NCBI GenBank assembly: GCA_037379345.1
Contig: CM074519.1
Coordinates: 38,404,103 to 38,468,102 of the forward strand
Origin: Perna viridis
Taxonomy: Eukaryota
DNA: 64,000 bases
Direction of reading: 5' to 3'
Positions 13,101 to 26,800 of this stretch are shown here, piece after piece. Position 1 is the first letter of the stretch. Each line of letters opens with the position of its first letter. The position numbers were made by a program, and so were the translations under genes. Under the pieces are notes generated by a model, which was not told where the DNA came from, did not search any database, and was given only the letters and a program-made list of their open reading frames with translations.

Positions 13101-16100
13101 AACCTGTTTACCGATTAATAAAATGTGATTTGTCACCAGAAGTGATAACGAGCACTCTAAGTTGATACCTAGTCAGGTTTCTGGTCAATCTCTTCACACA
13201 TTACCTACTGTGGGTATAATTTATCCAGAAATACAAGTATCCTAATTTCACATATTTTGGTGTGAAATGGACATATGGTCAGGGAAGTGGATTGTTCCTG
13301 CAGCCCACTTCTCGCTAGCTCTGTGATCGTTTTCACCTACAGTGAAATGTGTCAACTTTGATTTGGCGGTGTGTTTTATCTTTTTAATTACCAACAAGTG
13401 AACTAGATTTTTATGTAATAAATATGTTATGGTAGTAACGACCCCAGAGGAAAATGGTGTAAATACAAGAGATCTGAAGATAGACACACATGTTCTTCTT
13501 TTGTCTTTTTCAATTTTCAATTTATCACAATTTTTCATCAAAATTAAAATAAAAGAACTTTTACACTTCTGTTCAGTCATTCTCACACCTCGCTTTACGA
13601 TGTTAAGAGCATTATTTCTATTTCGAGATATCTAAATTTACCATCAATACAAAAATAAAGAACTTTTACACTCGTGCTCCAAGAATTTCACACTACAATT
13701 TATTACAATTGGAACCTAAAATTGATAAAATCATGGCCCTCTTCAAACCAATGTCTTTGAACAAAAATTATTATAACACCTTTAAATAATGGCTTGATCT
13801 AAAACTGATCATAAGGTGTTCGTTATCTTTCTGGCATCAGGGCGCATAATGCATAACCAAATTCGTATGAATGCGTTCTACAACTTTGTTTACAATCATA
13901 TGTAATTTGGTTTTTAATATTTGACCTGTTTCAATGCGACTTATTTTCAGTGTGTACAGTATTTCTTATCAAACCCAAGTGTACTATAGTCGAGTAACTA
14001 AAAGTTTCTCCATAATACAGAGAGTTTAGTGCTAAATATATGGTATCAGTCTCAAAATTATTTCGATATATGTGTATGTTCAAATAATTACGTATTATTG
14101 AAGTTGTACAATTTTATGAAATAGTCTTGGGTTCTGATGAGATTATTAATTAAGGGATAAAATTACATTGAAATAAAAATTCTATATTATTAATGTTCGA
14201 TAATAAGGTCCCCAGGTAGTACTTAAGTTTCTCCATCTGGTTATAAATGGTATGAATAGTTTTATGAATTCCCAATAGAACAACACAATATTTTTTTGTG
14301 TCAAGGGGCATGGTAAATTAAGTATTTCGTTTCCTGGTCATATGAGTGCACATTTTAGTAAGGATAATTGACAGCAGAGTTCGGGATGGAGTTATGACTT
14401 GTGATACGGTCATCAAAAACTCTGAAAAGAAAATTACAGGCGTTTTTATAATTAAACAACGAGTGAACATGGTGTGAAGTACACGGCTACTGAAATTATA
14501 CACCTTAATATGGCTACTAATTGTAGGCTGTGTTCTAAAACCTCCAAATAACTCTATTAACTCATGAGTTAAACCGGATCAAGTTTCTTCTTCGACATTT
14601 GATTTGTCTTTTAGACTCGTTGGTCACTACACTTATTCACCTTCTTTTGGAGACGTTGAATATCATAATTCATATCAGTTCGTGATGGCTTGTGATGTTT
14701 TATTTTTGTTTGCTTCAATTTAAAGGATTGAGTTTATAAAAGAAGCTCTAAATTGATTTGAAAACGTCAAAACAGACACTTTAAACTGAAAGATAAATTT
14801 CTTATCGAAAAATGCATGATATTTCTTTTTAACGGATTTGGCTAAGGCGAACGATGTCGACGATTAATAAATCATAAATATATAATATTTTAAACATATA
14901 AAGATTCTGAACACTTTCTAAAGATTCGAAATTTACTGATTTGTTTTGTTCGTGCATTATATTTACGACAACATTTCATAATAAAAGCAATAATAAAGAT
15001 AATTTAACGAACAGGAATTAAATTTTATTATTTTTCTGAAAGGCGTCTAATAAAATAATAACGTCTATTGAAGAAAGGCCAATCTATCTATATGTAGTAC
15101 ACGTTGACAGAAAACACACTTCGCCTTTTATTTAGATTGCGCAATACTACAAGACTTAACGTACCACATATCATTATCATTTAATGTTCTCCGTGATAAT
15201 AAATTATATCATGTAGTTGTGACTAACGCCGTAATGTACAGTATGTCCAAATTTGTCGCCGATTAGTCGGGTTGACCATCATGTTGAATGCCTGTTGATT
15301 TATGGACGGTAAAACTTGAAGATTTATTTAATAATCTGTTTATAAAATGAAGCAAAGCTTTCTTGAGCCTTATGTGAGACAGTTTCTTGTCGCTTGATTC
15401 GCAATATTTAAAGCTGAAAAAATGACGTGCATTAACAACAGTATGTTTTCTATAACCCAACAATATTTGCTGCAACTGATGAAATTTCGCATTTTTTATT
15501 GTTTTTTTTAATACACGTAAGATCATGATGGTTTATGAATGTGTCTTTGTCAAGTGAGTTGCTTGCACAAATCCTGTATTTTGTGGCAATGTTATCGGAA
15601 CAATAACTCTTGACATGTCCATATCTACCAACAATATCAGTGCAGTTTTAACGATTTCCAATGGCTTTATACTGTCTGAAGTTTTCTGTCTCCTAAGATG
15701 AAGCAACGAAAAGTTTGATCTGAAAACAAGATTTTATGGATCTCTCACTGGCTTGGTGTTATGTTGGATAGATACATCTGATATTTCTATCTTTTATTAC
15801 GTTACAATTGACTGAAGTATGCATCACTTTTCTAATCGAATGTTAAAAGTATTATGTGTCAGAATTACCATCTATTCAAAGAAAGTTGACATTTTTAATA
15901 TGAATAATTAAGTTCAAAATGGTTTTAATAATCCCAATCATTATTCAACAATGGAGAACTCAATTCTAGCGATCTCAGTCAATGTGAATATTGTGTCGAG
16001 TCTAGTTACGCAATGTTCTATCGACAGGACCAGTTTCAGGCAACCAGAATTGATGGATATTGTTCTTCCATACAAAAATGGCGCCAGGTCTAATAGAAAT

Positions 16101-19100
16101 CGTCGCTAATTTGTACTATCTTGATCAAATCTCCTATCTAAATTTTGCCGTGGATTTGTTAGGTTTTGTTTAAGTGAACAAACTGTTTTCCTCTCCCTGG
16201 GCTATTGTCACAACTGATCATTCAACTTTCATTTGATATTGTGTAAGTCATCCGGATTTAAATATCTAACGGGAAAGTTTGAGATGATTTTTTACATGAA
16301 AAATAAATCTTTAAACTTCCGTTATTTTACAATTCATTATAATATTTATTTATTTAGTTAAGACTATGTGATGATAGGTTTAGTTAAGATTATGTGATGA
16401 TAGGATTCACATCATGAAAGAAATCATTTTGTGCATTTAAAGTATAAACGTCATGGTGATGCACATTAAACACGAGGCCAATATGTTCACTTTGGGAGCA
16501 GCCATTTCATCTATATGGAGATAAATTGTTTTTTTTTATGATTTTTTTCTCGTTGAAATAACTTTATACATTTTTCACTGAAATCTTTTCATGATAAAAG
16601 TCAAATTCTTTTAATTTTCATGGAAAAGCCGTAGCACTTAAGGACAGCAAAGTTTAGCCTCGACATCGAGCTTAGCTTCCATTGATCACAAGCTTTTTTA
16701 AAAAAATTGGTAGAAATTCCTAGGATAAGAAAACAGTGTATGAAGTGGCTGAAAAACAAACCGTGCAGAAAAGAAATCACTAGAATTTTATGAATGAACC
16801 GTGTTATCAGAAACATATGTTAAAAGCTTCTATGTACATTAAGGCTAATGTAAGAAGCATAGAAATTGACACTAAACTTGTAGAGGGGAAGTCATTACTC
16901 AAATTCTAACATCAATATACTTAGAATCATTTGTTTCAATAATTGTTTAACAACTGAAACTAGTATTGTAAACTTTTCAAAATTTGAGAAACGTAAATTA
17001 AAAAAAAATCAACATATCATTGAAAAACAAACTTGTTCTACAAATTCATAGAAATAAGTTGAACGGTTCTTGCAAGTGCTTTATTTGTTTCCTATTTCTT
17101 TTTTCAGACGATCCTGAACTCAATGCACAAGTATCAGCCTCGTTTCCATTTAGTGCGGGCAAATGACATACTAAAGTTGCCGTACTCTGCCTTCAGAACA
17201 TACGTATTCAAAGAAACAGAGTTTATAGCGGTTACAGCTTACCAAAACGAAAAGGTAACGATTCCTTTAAGAATCTGTCAAGTCGGTAAAGATATTCAAA
17301 ATTGAATAATTAATAAATACTCCTCTTTTCCAGTAATATATTAGCTCGAAGAAATCAGCAAAGTGAAAAACAAATTCTATCAATTGATATGAAATAATAT
17401 GTAGTGGTATGATTAGACTTTCGACTACAAAACAACTTTTAAAGGTACAAGTTCAATATACCAATTTGTGTTTCATTCATCTTATATAAGTTTTGCTACT
17501 TAAGAAAATACATTTTTATAATATTTTATTGTAGATTACCCAGTTGAAAATAAATCATAATCCGTTCGCTAAAGGCTTTAGAGATACTGGCGGAGGAAAG
17601 AGAGAAAAGAAGTAAGTCACACACATAATTGTAGTTTGCTGTCACACAAGTAATGCAAAAACAGTTTTTTTTTTAATGCAAAACAATAAGCATTCTACCC
17701 AGTTGGTATTTTGTTTTACTTATATTATAATAGTATTTAAAGATCGATTAGAATCGAGTATAGTGTTGACACCAATATTCGATTTACCCCCTAATTCTTT
17801 ATTGGCATGATCTTAAATGAACCTGTATTTTTTAGTTTTCTTAGAGTTTATTTTCGGTTGTCGTTCAGTTTTTTTCTCACTGTTATTTTGATTTGGTCTT
17901 TTGTTCTTTGACTTCCGAGGTTCGGATACCATTCAAGTCGTTCTTCAATCAAATGTCTTTCTCTCTCTAAGAAAATATATTAAACGAATTCGAGGTGTTT
18001 CACATGCTAGTTTTTACAGCCAGACACAACACAGGACCACGCCCCTTGTTCAATAGGAATCCTCTACATAGTCCCTACTTTATAGACAGAGATGACAGTG
18101 TAAATTATTACATTTTGATAACAATGACGATTAACTACAACCATGAACACATAACATTGTGTAAAATTAATTACAAATTAACGCTTTTACTGGCTATTGA
18201 ATATATATCGAATCCAACATGACAGTTCATCGGTCTAACTGGGGAGGAAACTTGATGCTACAAATATTGTCCTTTATTAGTTTATTGTCTGATGATTGAT
18301 TTTTGTGTTGAATAATGGAAACTCAAATTTCTTGATAAGTTATTTTTGTCACTAATTAATTCCCTCTCGAATTAGTGTACTCAAATAACACAATGATTCG
18401 GCAAACATCTCACTAATACTTGTGAAATATTGCACATAGTTATAAGCCTCCTTCGGAAGGGTCGTATTCTAAACCGTTTAATGTAAATAATTTATATGTT
18501 AAAAATGAAATCCACCAAACGAACTTTTTAAAATGGTTATAAAAAAGAAACTAAAGCTGTTTAAATTTGATCAGAATATTCTTGAAAGTTTACACTATCT
18601 GAAAATTAAAAGTTTTTTTTATATATTTTGATTTGTTTTGCATGTATCCAATATGGAGTATATTCCAGACTTGGGAAATGAATAATTAATAATATTCAGA
18701 TTTTTAAATTATGAAAGTATAATTACAATTATTCTCTAATTGTATTTATGTTGATTGTTAGTTAAAATGATCGATACTAGAATAAATTATATAATAAAAT
18801 GCCCTCTTTTCAGTTTTTTTTAGGATAAAATAATTGAATTTTCAATCTTTTCCAGTTTTAAATGAATTTATCTATATCAACGGAAGTACTTATGCCATCT
18901 GGGGTCCGGGAGTCCTTATGCCATATGGGGTCCGAGAGTCCAAGACAAGATTTCATTTTACCTAAGTGAACCATTGAAAGAAATGAGATTATGATGTTAA
19001 TGTTTATATCCATTGAAGATAACATTTTCCCTCAGAATTTCATGAATGAAAGTATAGGGAACTGTCGTATCGTTAATATGGACCAAACAAACACTACTGG

Positions 19101-22100
19101 CATAGCTTACACACAGGCCTGTTGTCCTACATTAGTCATCTATCTAAAATCAAGTGAAACTTTGCATGTGTTTGATCAAGGATTAACAAAAGTCTATCTC
19201 TTTATTGTGACCACAAGTGTCTATATCAGTATAGATGTAGCGCCAACGAGGGTGACAGAAACTACATATGTTTATTCTAGTTTTGATGAAGACTCTCGAG
19301 AAATTCCGAAGTAACTAAGACATTCGATTGGTTCGACGCGTCGGGAGTCTGTATTTCAATTACTGGCACGGTGTTCTTTTCAAGTGGTTAGGTAAACAAA
19401 CTGCTCTCGTAATGATTAATCTTGTCCCCTTTACAACAATGTATCAAATGTTTTTTTCCTTTCAGACGTATGCTTTTACAACCAACTAACGCCAGTTCTC
19501 AACATCACGACAACTCCAATACGTACGACACACACAGTGACGACGATGATAATGAAGATGCAGATATTTGCGTCGATGACGACGTCGATGAAAATGTCGA
19601 CGATAAGGATTCAACGCCGAGTTTGCCAACAGTACAAGGTATGGATTTCTGGAGATTATCTTTCTCTTATAATTATGTAAACAAAAAGGCGGGGAATTAA
19701 ACACAGTTCGGCGCCTTTCAATATAAAACAAGCAAGTTGTATTCTTTAAATAAACACTTAGACTGTAGACGGCGGTACTTGAGAGAAAATGTTGACACTC
19801 AGTGAAACGATGAAGTGCATAACTTTTCCTGAATTATCCTTGTCAGTTTGACAACCCCCTTCATAATGAAAAATACTGAAAATATAAACCCAAGACCAAT
19901 TATGGCCACAACAGTTGTAAAACATTCCGACACTTGCCAGATTTCAGCAGATTTAAATTACTTTTTAATAATTTTATGTGATTATAACATAAAGCTACAC
20001 GAAAGTCTTTTATTGAGAAGTCTGGTATAATAAAATTTGATGGATGTGAAAATTTCTAAATTAAGTGTGAAGACATTATTGTAACCAAGCACCCATTAAT
20101 GTGTAAGCTATAGGGGAATTAGTGGTGTTTTATTAAATTATTTGGCTTATTATTATTTCATTGACGAAAACAAATTAATTTCTAAATGATTTCTTTAACT
20201 CTGGAGGTGGTAGAGTAATACCTTTATGAAATAGAAGCAAACTTTAAAACATTCCAGAAATGATTTAACTTTTCATAATAGTCTTTCACTTAATTTTCCA
20301 CTCCTAAACATTTTAGCTAAATTGACAATCCAGTCTTTAACTATTAATTTACTGTAAAAATATCTCATCAAGTTGGTATCTTTATAATACATTATCATAA
20401 CTAAACGACATGTGTGGCGCAGTGATTTCTCAGAGCGAATATGTTTTCTGACAATATCAGTGCATGAATGTCAGAGTCTCCACACTTTCTGACAAGACGA
20501 TTTTATCTCCGGATTCTTATCTCTGTCTACAACACCATAACATGCATTCCGGATTTACCCAGAACCGATTTGTCTGCTACTGTCTTGTTACCTACCTACT
20601 ATCTGTCGCGAGCTGCAGCAAATATCATTATACTCTATACTTAAAAACGCTCAAATGATGCCAGAATGACTCGCCAAAAACGCTGTATCTTTCAGTTTGT
20701 TTATTTGATAGATATTTAGATAAAGTATTTACAAGTTTTTAAAAAGATGAAAATATCTTCGCTCTTATCAAAGATTATCACTCCGATTTTTTGTCTCTCG
20801 TCTAAGATTTACTGCTGTTTCTCACAACTTCCTTGAAACGTTTATAACAAGTTAATATCCCAATTAAAACAAACATAGGTTGATAAAAGAAGAATTTCCC
20901 ACTTACTTCCCTTTATCTTTGCCTCAACTTGTACAAAACGACTTCTTATTAAAACAAGCAAATTCAAGAGACACTATCGAATATTTATTGAAAGCGCGAG
21001 AATATTAACCATGATAAAGGGATTAAGTTATGAGCACTGCTGTATTCATATAAGTGCTTCAAATAAAAACGTTCAATATACTTTAATCGGCGATAATTAG
21101 GCAAGGGGTGTATACAAGATCTTTACTAACTATCAGTTCGCATACAAAATTTAGAATTCGTGTTCTGTTATCAAAAACCAAACACGGTAAAGCCCTGTTT
21201 TTCCGGAACCTTGTAACGACATAGGTGTAAGATTTAACGATGAATGATGGAAGCTTATGTAATCTCATTTATTTATTAACTCTTTCTATCATATCGCTTG
21301 CAAACTTTTGACATTATTTAACACCATGCTTCAAAATAGGCATTTAAAAGTTTAATGTATATATCCAATAGTGATAGCTAATTCCGTGTATCTTTTGAGT
21401 TTACTTTTGTAATTGAGTGTCTTTGAGACTATCTAAAACCCGCGATTAGCTAAGTCTTTACATGATAAAACGAGTAAACTTAACGTTTAACTTGGTAAAT
21501 AGTCAACAAACAACTACAAAATCCGTTAATGGCTATGGTATATTTCTTTAAAAGTACTCTGACGAGTTTACTAGGGCTTCAAGGAAACTTTTCTACAGAT
21601 ATAAAGATTTAACACTTCGTTGATATTTGCGTTTTTAATTTCATAATAAAGAGCTACCTTTAAGAAAGGAACAACCTAATCAAGACATTTAAGTTATTGA
21701 CCTTAGCACTAAGCGCTTAATAAAATACCTCTCCAATTTCTTTTCAGAAAATCTTACGAAAATTGAAGAAATGAAAACAGAGGAGCATGAACGTGGGCAA
21801 GGGCAATTTAACACTGAATCACCCGATGCTAAAATGTCGGAAATAGATGATAAGGAATCCGAAGTCGACAAGAGAGAGCATTCAGTGATTTGTGAACGAG
21901 AAAAACACGAAATTGAAAAACGTGAACCAAAAGCATTATATAGACCACATGAGCTCGGAGATCGTGGAAAGGAATTTCCGAAGATTCAATTACCTTCTCC
22001 GACCATGGATAAAGTACTGGACTCTAGAAACTCTCACAGTGACACCTCAGACAATGACTCGAGAATAGAATCCCCCGAGAGAAGTAAATCACCTGCTAGT

Positions 22101-22805
22101 CCCGCTGTGACCCGTCATATGGGGTCCAGTCACAGTTTTCTCTCTAAAGACTTTTCTAGTCCGCCAAATGTGACCATAGTCCAACCTTCGCCATCTCATT
22201 CGATGTTCCCTTTCTTTTATCCATACTCGTCGTCATCATCCGGACTCCATCCGTACCAGTTAAATCCCATGTTATTACCAGGGAATCCGTCTCTACCTCC
22301 GGGACTTCAACTTCCGTTCATCCCATCGTCGAGACATTCGGAGATGGGTCATCTATCACCTAGTCACTCGCATGCTCTTTCAACGCTAAATCAACTGACT
22401 CTTCAAAATCATATGTTGTCCCAGAGTTATTCTAGTCTAAGTTCCGAGCTCAGTGGTAACAGCTCAGTATCCCCGACACAAAATACAACGGTCGGACCAA
22501 TTTTCCCATCACGCACTAGTCCCAGATACTCTCCGTATTCTCTTCAATCGTCAAAATCATTTGTGCAAAGTACATCGCCTGGTTCCGGAAACGGAAGTAG
22601 GAATGAACAAGAAGCAGTTGGTATAAGTCGACCGTCTCCGATTAGACCACGAAGCCCTCTTACTCATCAAATTCCTTTCAGTTCTCTTCAAAACTCAACA
22701 AATCCAAATAATGAACTGAGACATATGGAACGAATGTTAAATGTATTGGACAGAAAAAGACTAGACGCACAGGAAAGGGAGAGAGCCATGTCAGATGTTC
22801 ATTAA
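9829..22805 (+). CDS. Tbx2: T-box transcription factor Tbx2/3 (omb-like), six coding exons, 687 aa: join(9829..10169,12574..12841,17108..17254,17535..17611,19466..19638,21748..22805)
   Basis: Spliced frame is continuous (341+268+147+77+173+1058=2064 nt) with GT/AG at every junction. Complete T-box [34 protein letters not shown]...NPFAKGFRD. Tbx2/3-type features: MAYNPF N-terminus, [33 protein letters not shown] and C-terminal [14 protein letters not shown] (cf. vertebrate SELQSIQRLVSGLE). Start could be a downstream Met (MAMAYNPF). Confidence 0.95.
12574..12841 (+). CDS. Tbx2: Tbx2/3 coding exon 2 (T-box)
   Basis: Acceptor tttcag at 12573; [24 protein letters not shown]...[15 protein letters not shown]; donor T|GTAAGT at 12841/12842 (phase 0). 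Confidence 0.96.
13028..13821. promoter_or_regulatory. Cluster of T-box half-sites in intron 2 (candidate autoregulatory element)
   Basis: AGGTGTTC 13028, AGGTGTTA 13050, TCACACAT 13194, TGGTGTGA 13258, TGGTGTAA 13455, TCACACCT 13583, TAACACCT 13774, AGGTGTTC 13814. Confidence 0.45.
16353..16404. repeat. 26-bp tandem duplication (intron 2)
   Basis: TTTAGTTAAGA(C/T)TATGTGATGATAGG x2. Confidence 0.85.
17108..17254 (+). CDS. Tbx2: Tbx2/3 coding exon 3 (T-box)
   Basis: Polypyrimidine tract and cag at 17107; [49 protein letters not shown]; donor AAG|GTAACG (phase 0). Confidence 0.96.
17535..17611 (+). CDS. Tbx2: Tbx2/3 coding exon 4 (end of T-box, basic NLS-like stretch); absent from the ORF track
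   Basis: Acceptor ttgtag at 17534; [25 protein letters not shown]; donor AA|GTAAGT (phase 2). Confidence 0.95.
18889..18940. repeat. 26-bp tandem duplication (intron 4)
   Basis: CTTATGCCAT(C/A)TGGGGTCCG(G/A)GAGTC x2. Confidence 0.85.
19466..19638 (+). CDS. Tbx2: Tbx2/3 coding exon 5 (acidic linker)
   Basis: Acceptor tttcctttcag at 19465; phase fits exon 4 (AA+A=Lys); [15 protein letters not shown]...[18 protein letters not shown]...PTVQ; donor G|GTATGG (phase 1). Confidence 0.85.
21748..22805 (+). CDS. Tbx2: Tbx2/3 coding exon 6 (Ser/Pro-rich C-terminal region, stop TAA)
   Basis: Acceptor ttcttttcag at 21747; G+AA=Glu continues in frame into the 344-aa ORF 21771..22805; RYSPY and terminal amphipathic motif typical of Tbx2/3. 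Confidence 0.9.
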
Positions 22806-23800
22806 ACGAAAATCACATTGTTATACTTGTAATAATAATTTAATGAAGTGAAAGAAATATCAGGTTTGATCAAAAAACTACTTTATAATAAGGGATTAAA
22901 TTAGATACTTCAAAAAGTTTACAAACTGAAATAATGTTGTACAGTGCTCTCAATCAATTATTGATGGATTAATATAAATATAGTGCTATATATACTGGAA
23001 ATCCAATGTACTTTAATTTCCAATGTTTATTATGAACGAGGGTGTAACTATTTAGTCTATTTCTTTTTATTCTCAGGATTTGAGCTTGTCTTTCAGTTTT
23101 GCAGATTTGTGTAGATGTTAAATTGGTGCATTTCTATGTAGGAATCAAACAGCAGAGTACACTAGCATCAATTTTATTGTTTATAAATAAAAAAAAGAAA
23201 GTTTGGCAAACGTATTTGGTATCTTAACTCCTTGTTTTTACTAATTTCATTTCTCCCTTAAACAAATTATATGGTTTTAAATCGATTAAATGTTGTAACT
23301 AATACCAGTTTTTAGTATGGTTTGAATAATTATCTGCTATTTGCAATGTTAAAATGATATTTTGCATTCATTATTTATCAAGTCTTTAAATAATCATTTT
23401 GTTTATATGAATAAAAATACAATAAATTTTATATACATGAAGATCGAGTAAACAAAAATGAATTACTTACCATATTTTTATTTGATTTTTAGATAGAAAT
23501 GCACATAAATAAACTAACCCTGGTGTATTTATTGACCTACATTTATTTCTAGTCATTATAAATACGCAACTTTCTTTATGTATTTTTTATTCTAACAATG
23601 AGATGCGAATTTGAATGTGAAAATCGACTATTTCGTTCGAGAGAAAAATCATGATTAATTTCTTTGTAATAATAATTTTGGCTTATTAATGACATGTATA
23701 CGTGTATAATTATTTATTATATGATGTTGTGACTGTTTGTTTTGTTGTTATTGAATTTGTCATGCGCAGAAAGATAATCACGAAGAATAAATAAATTATC
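22806..23800 (+). other. Probable 3' UTR of Tbx2/3 with candidate polyadenylation signals
   Basis: AT-rich, repeat-free sequence after the stop; AATAAA at 23186-23191, several more around 23.4-23.5 kb, and 23786-23791. True end unknown. Confidence 0.4.
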
Positions 23801-26800
23801 TTCACTATGATTAGTCTTGTTATGATTTCGAACTTGGTGAAAATATGTCTATATGTTTAGTTATAGTGAGTAACAGTTCTTTTGGCTGATTTTTTGAGCT
23901 ACTGATAATGCCAGGGAAACAATTGAAATCTGCAATTCATAATTACAACAAATGAAATTTGAGATAAAATAACAAGACAGTAAAAAAAAGCCTTCAAAAT
24001 ATTTTACAGTTTTATGGACACCATTAATAAAGCTAGCTTTAAATTTGACAACATTTCACATTTTCAACATTTAAGCATGGGACCTTCCTTACAACAATTT
24101 TTTATTATTAAATTAAATGTTAAGTTTTAAAAAAAAATTACAGGAAATGTGATCAAGCTCTCGTTATACCGACAAAGTATTTTTTTTAATATCACAACCG
24201 AGAAAAAATAAGATAAAACTTTATATACCAATCCTAGTGATTTATGTACAAAACAAAGAAATAAGCAGACAAATAAAAAACGCAACGATTTATTATATAA
24301 TTTTCATAAAAAAATAAAGTATATTAATTACTTTTTTGTAAAACACGTGTCCAAATGCTGTGTATCGAGGAGCAAGACATTCGTGAAGTAAGATATCAGA
24401 GGTCTCGCCATGGTATGAAACCGTATATTCGAACTATTTAACCACAAGACGGTGGTACCTGCTGAGCACTATGAGATATCAGCACAATCATACATAACAT
24501 TATTTACAATATCATCAACGATGCATTGGACTATCTGAAAATTACAAAAATGACCAGGTAAAATTGAAACATAAAAAGACTATCTTAACTTGAGATGAAA
24601 ACGAACTAGTACTCAAAATTCGAATATCGACCAACAGGAACATTGTCAAAAACAAAAGTTAACATATAAAACCAGAAATATAGCATACAAAAGGAAAAAG
24701 ACAAATGTATGCATCGGAATAAAGCACTACCCAATAATTTCACGTGACTTATTTAAGTAATGAAAATTGGAACAACAAACCGGAAGTAAAACATAGAGGC
24801 CTATATGGTTCAATTAATCAGAAACCGAAAGGAGCTAAATAGCTTATACAAAGTTCCGTGTCTCAAGAGTTAACTTGCAAGAAAATGATTATAAAATCAA
24901 ATGCTGTGTGGAATGAATTATTAACTGACTAGCAAAAAAAATACGAATACAATAAATGGAATAAAAAAAAGTAAAGAGATGCAGTAGATGAAAGAATGCA
25001 TTAATAAACCTTATACTTTTGATAATAAACTTTTGAACTTTATGAAAAACTTCTACATTTTGTTCAGCATTTAGAAATTTTTTAGCCATACAATACATTT
25101 ACGGTAATAGGTATATGAAGTATCTTAAAAAATATTATTTTATTTTGTAACAGAGTATATTTGGGACGAAAGAGCATAAAATAGAAAGATTATTCGACAT
25201 GACCACAGGTGCAAGTTAGTCGTTTTTCATATTTACGGAATGCAATCCAATTTGGCAAGTTTTCAAAGGGACGTAACCCAACCACATTGGGGAAAGGTAG
25301 AAGAGTTAACATTTTTCTTTGAAACTTTAACTATATACACTTCGGTAACTAGCTAAATGCTTTAAAATAAATTATTTTAAAGTATACAAGTTACAATACG
25401 TCAACCACTTGAATTTGAAGTCTACTGCAGTCCATTGCTCCAATCGGGTAGTAAACTAGTCTGTCGGGTTGGAGAATTATTTCCCTTTGTTCAAAAGTTT
25501 ACAAAAAAAAAAAAAAAAAACGAAGACAAAGTCGGGAATATAAAAAAAAAGATATATATTAGTGGACTTTACAGGGTTGTGATTAAATAGATGTCACTGT
25601 TCATTTGCAATCGGGCATGTAATGTTTGCCCTAGTCGTGTATCAATGTAGGAAAGATTCGGGCATTTTATCAAATGTACCTGAATCTGAATTCCCTAAAT
25701 ATTAGTTGAGTTAGAAGACTACTAAAAGTTACTTCCCTTTTTCAGGTGCGGCTTATAAAATATTCTAAATAACTTTTCATGCACATTTACAAATATATTT
25801 TCCATTTGATAGTCTAGCTGAAGCAAGTCACATGGCCACCAACTAAACAAAAAATAATTAATAATCCAAGTCTTAATATTCAGTTAAGTTATCTTAAAAA
25901 GGACGTTTCACTCCATACAATTACCAGCGCGTCTGAGCACAAATGGACAGTTTTTTCACATACATAGAGAACCATTGTCAAACGGAAGAACACCAAACAC
26001 AAATAAATAACTAACATATTCATAGGGTTCAATCGTGATTTTAGGTACATGTATTACAAATACATGTGAAATGTTCCATTTTTAGATTTGGCATTTGTAT
26101 ATCTACAGCAGTAGCCTTTTGAATTACATGCTCACACTTAAAGGCATATGACTTTCGTATAAACTGTTCAATATTTGGAAAAGAAATTTTTGCCATATCA
26201 AACACGAAGGTTTATTTAAACAAGGTCCCATATGATACACAAAACTTCTCATAATATTGTAAAAATAATTACATAAAGACACAGAATATTTTGTCCGTTT
26301 TGAAGAACAGAAGCTGATAAACAGATTTGTAGAAGCAAAAAAAAAGAGACTTAATACTATGGAAGATTATAACATTTGTACTTCTATAACCTAAAATAAC
26401 TTATGCTTAAAATCATAGATCTTCAGAATAGTAACTAAGGACATTTCTAAACATCTTTACTGTGATGACACACTTTCATATTTTTTTTTTACAGAAATCC
26501 AAAACATCCTTCCCTTACTAATGCTTTTTTACCTCTTCAGTTTCTCGATTTTACAAAATGTATTTTTTTACAACTTTCTTTACAATCCCAATATGTTATT
26601 TTTAGGTTATTGATTAAGTATAAAGCTGTGTCAACATTGCAGAGTTCCTAGAAAGTTCTTCTAAGAAAGACGAAGACGTTAAATTGAGATATCATAACTG
26701 TTATATGATTTTGTTTTTTGTAAGACATGTACGATTTTCCGTGTGCGATGAAACATATTGGCAGTGGTCGTGCAAGCATCGCACGAATATTCATCTTTTG

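Noticed and set aside
16080-16093. BMP/Smad element GGCGCC..GTCT in intron 2 (Tbx2/3/omb is a known BMP target)
   Set aside because: Spacing is 2 nt rather than the 5 nt of the GRCGNC(N5)GTCT element; a lone GGCGCC is insufficient.
21557-21600. CTGACGAG...GAAAC hammerhead-like core; similar CTGATGA hits at ~14134, ~30682, ~40062
   Set aside because: No stem II closing directly onto GAAA and no stem I/III; chance matches.
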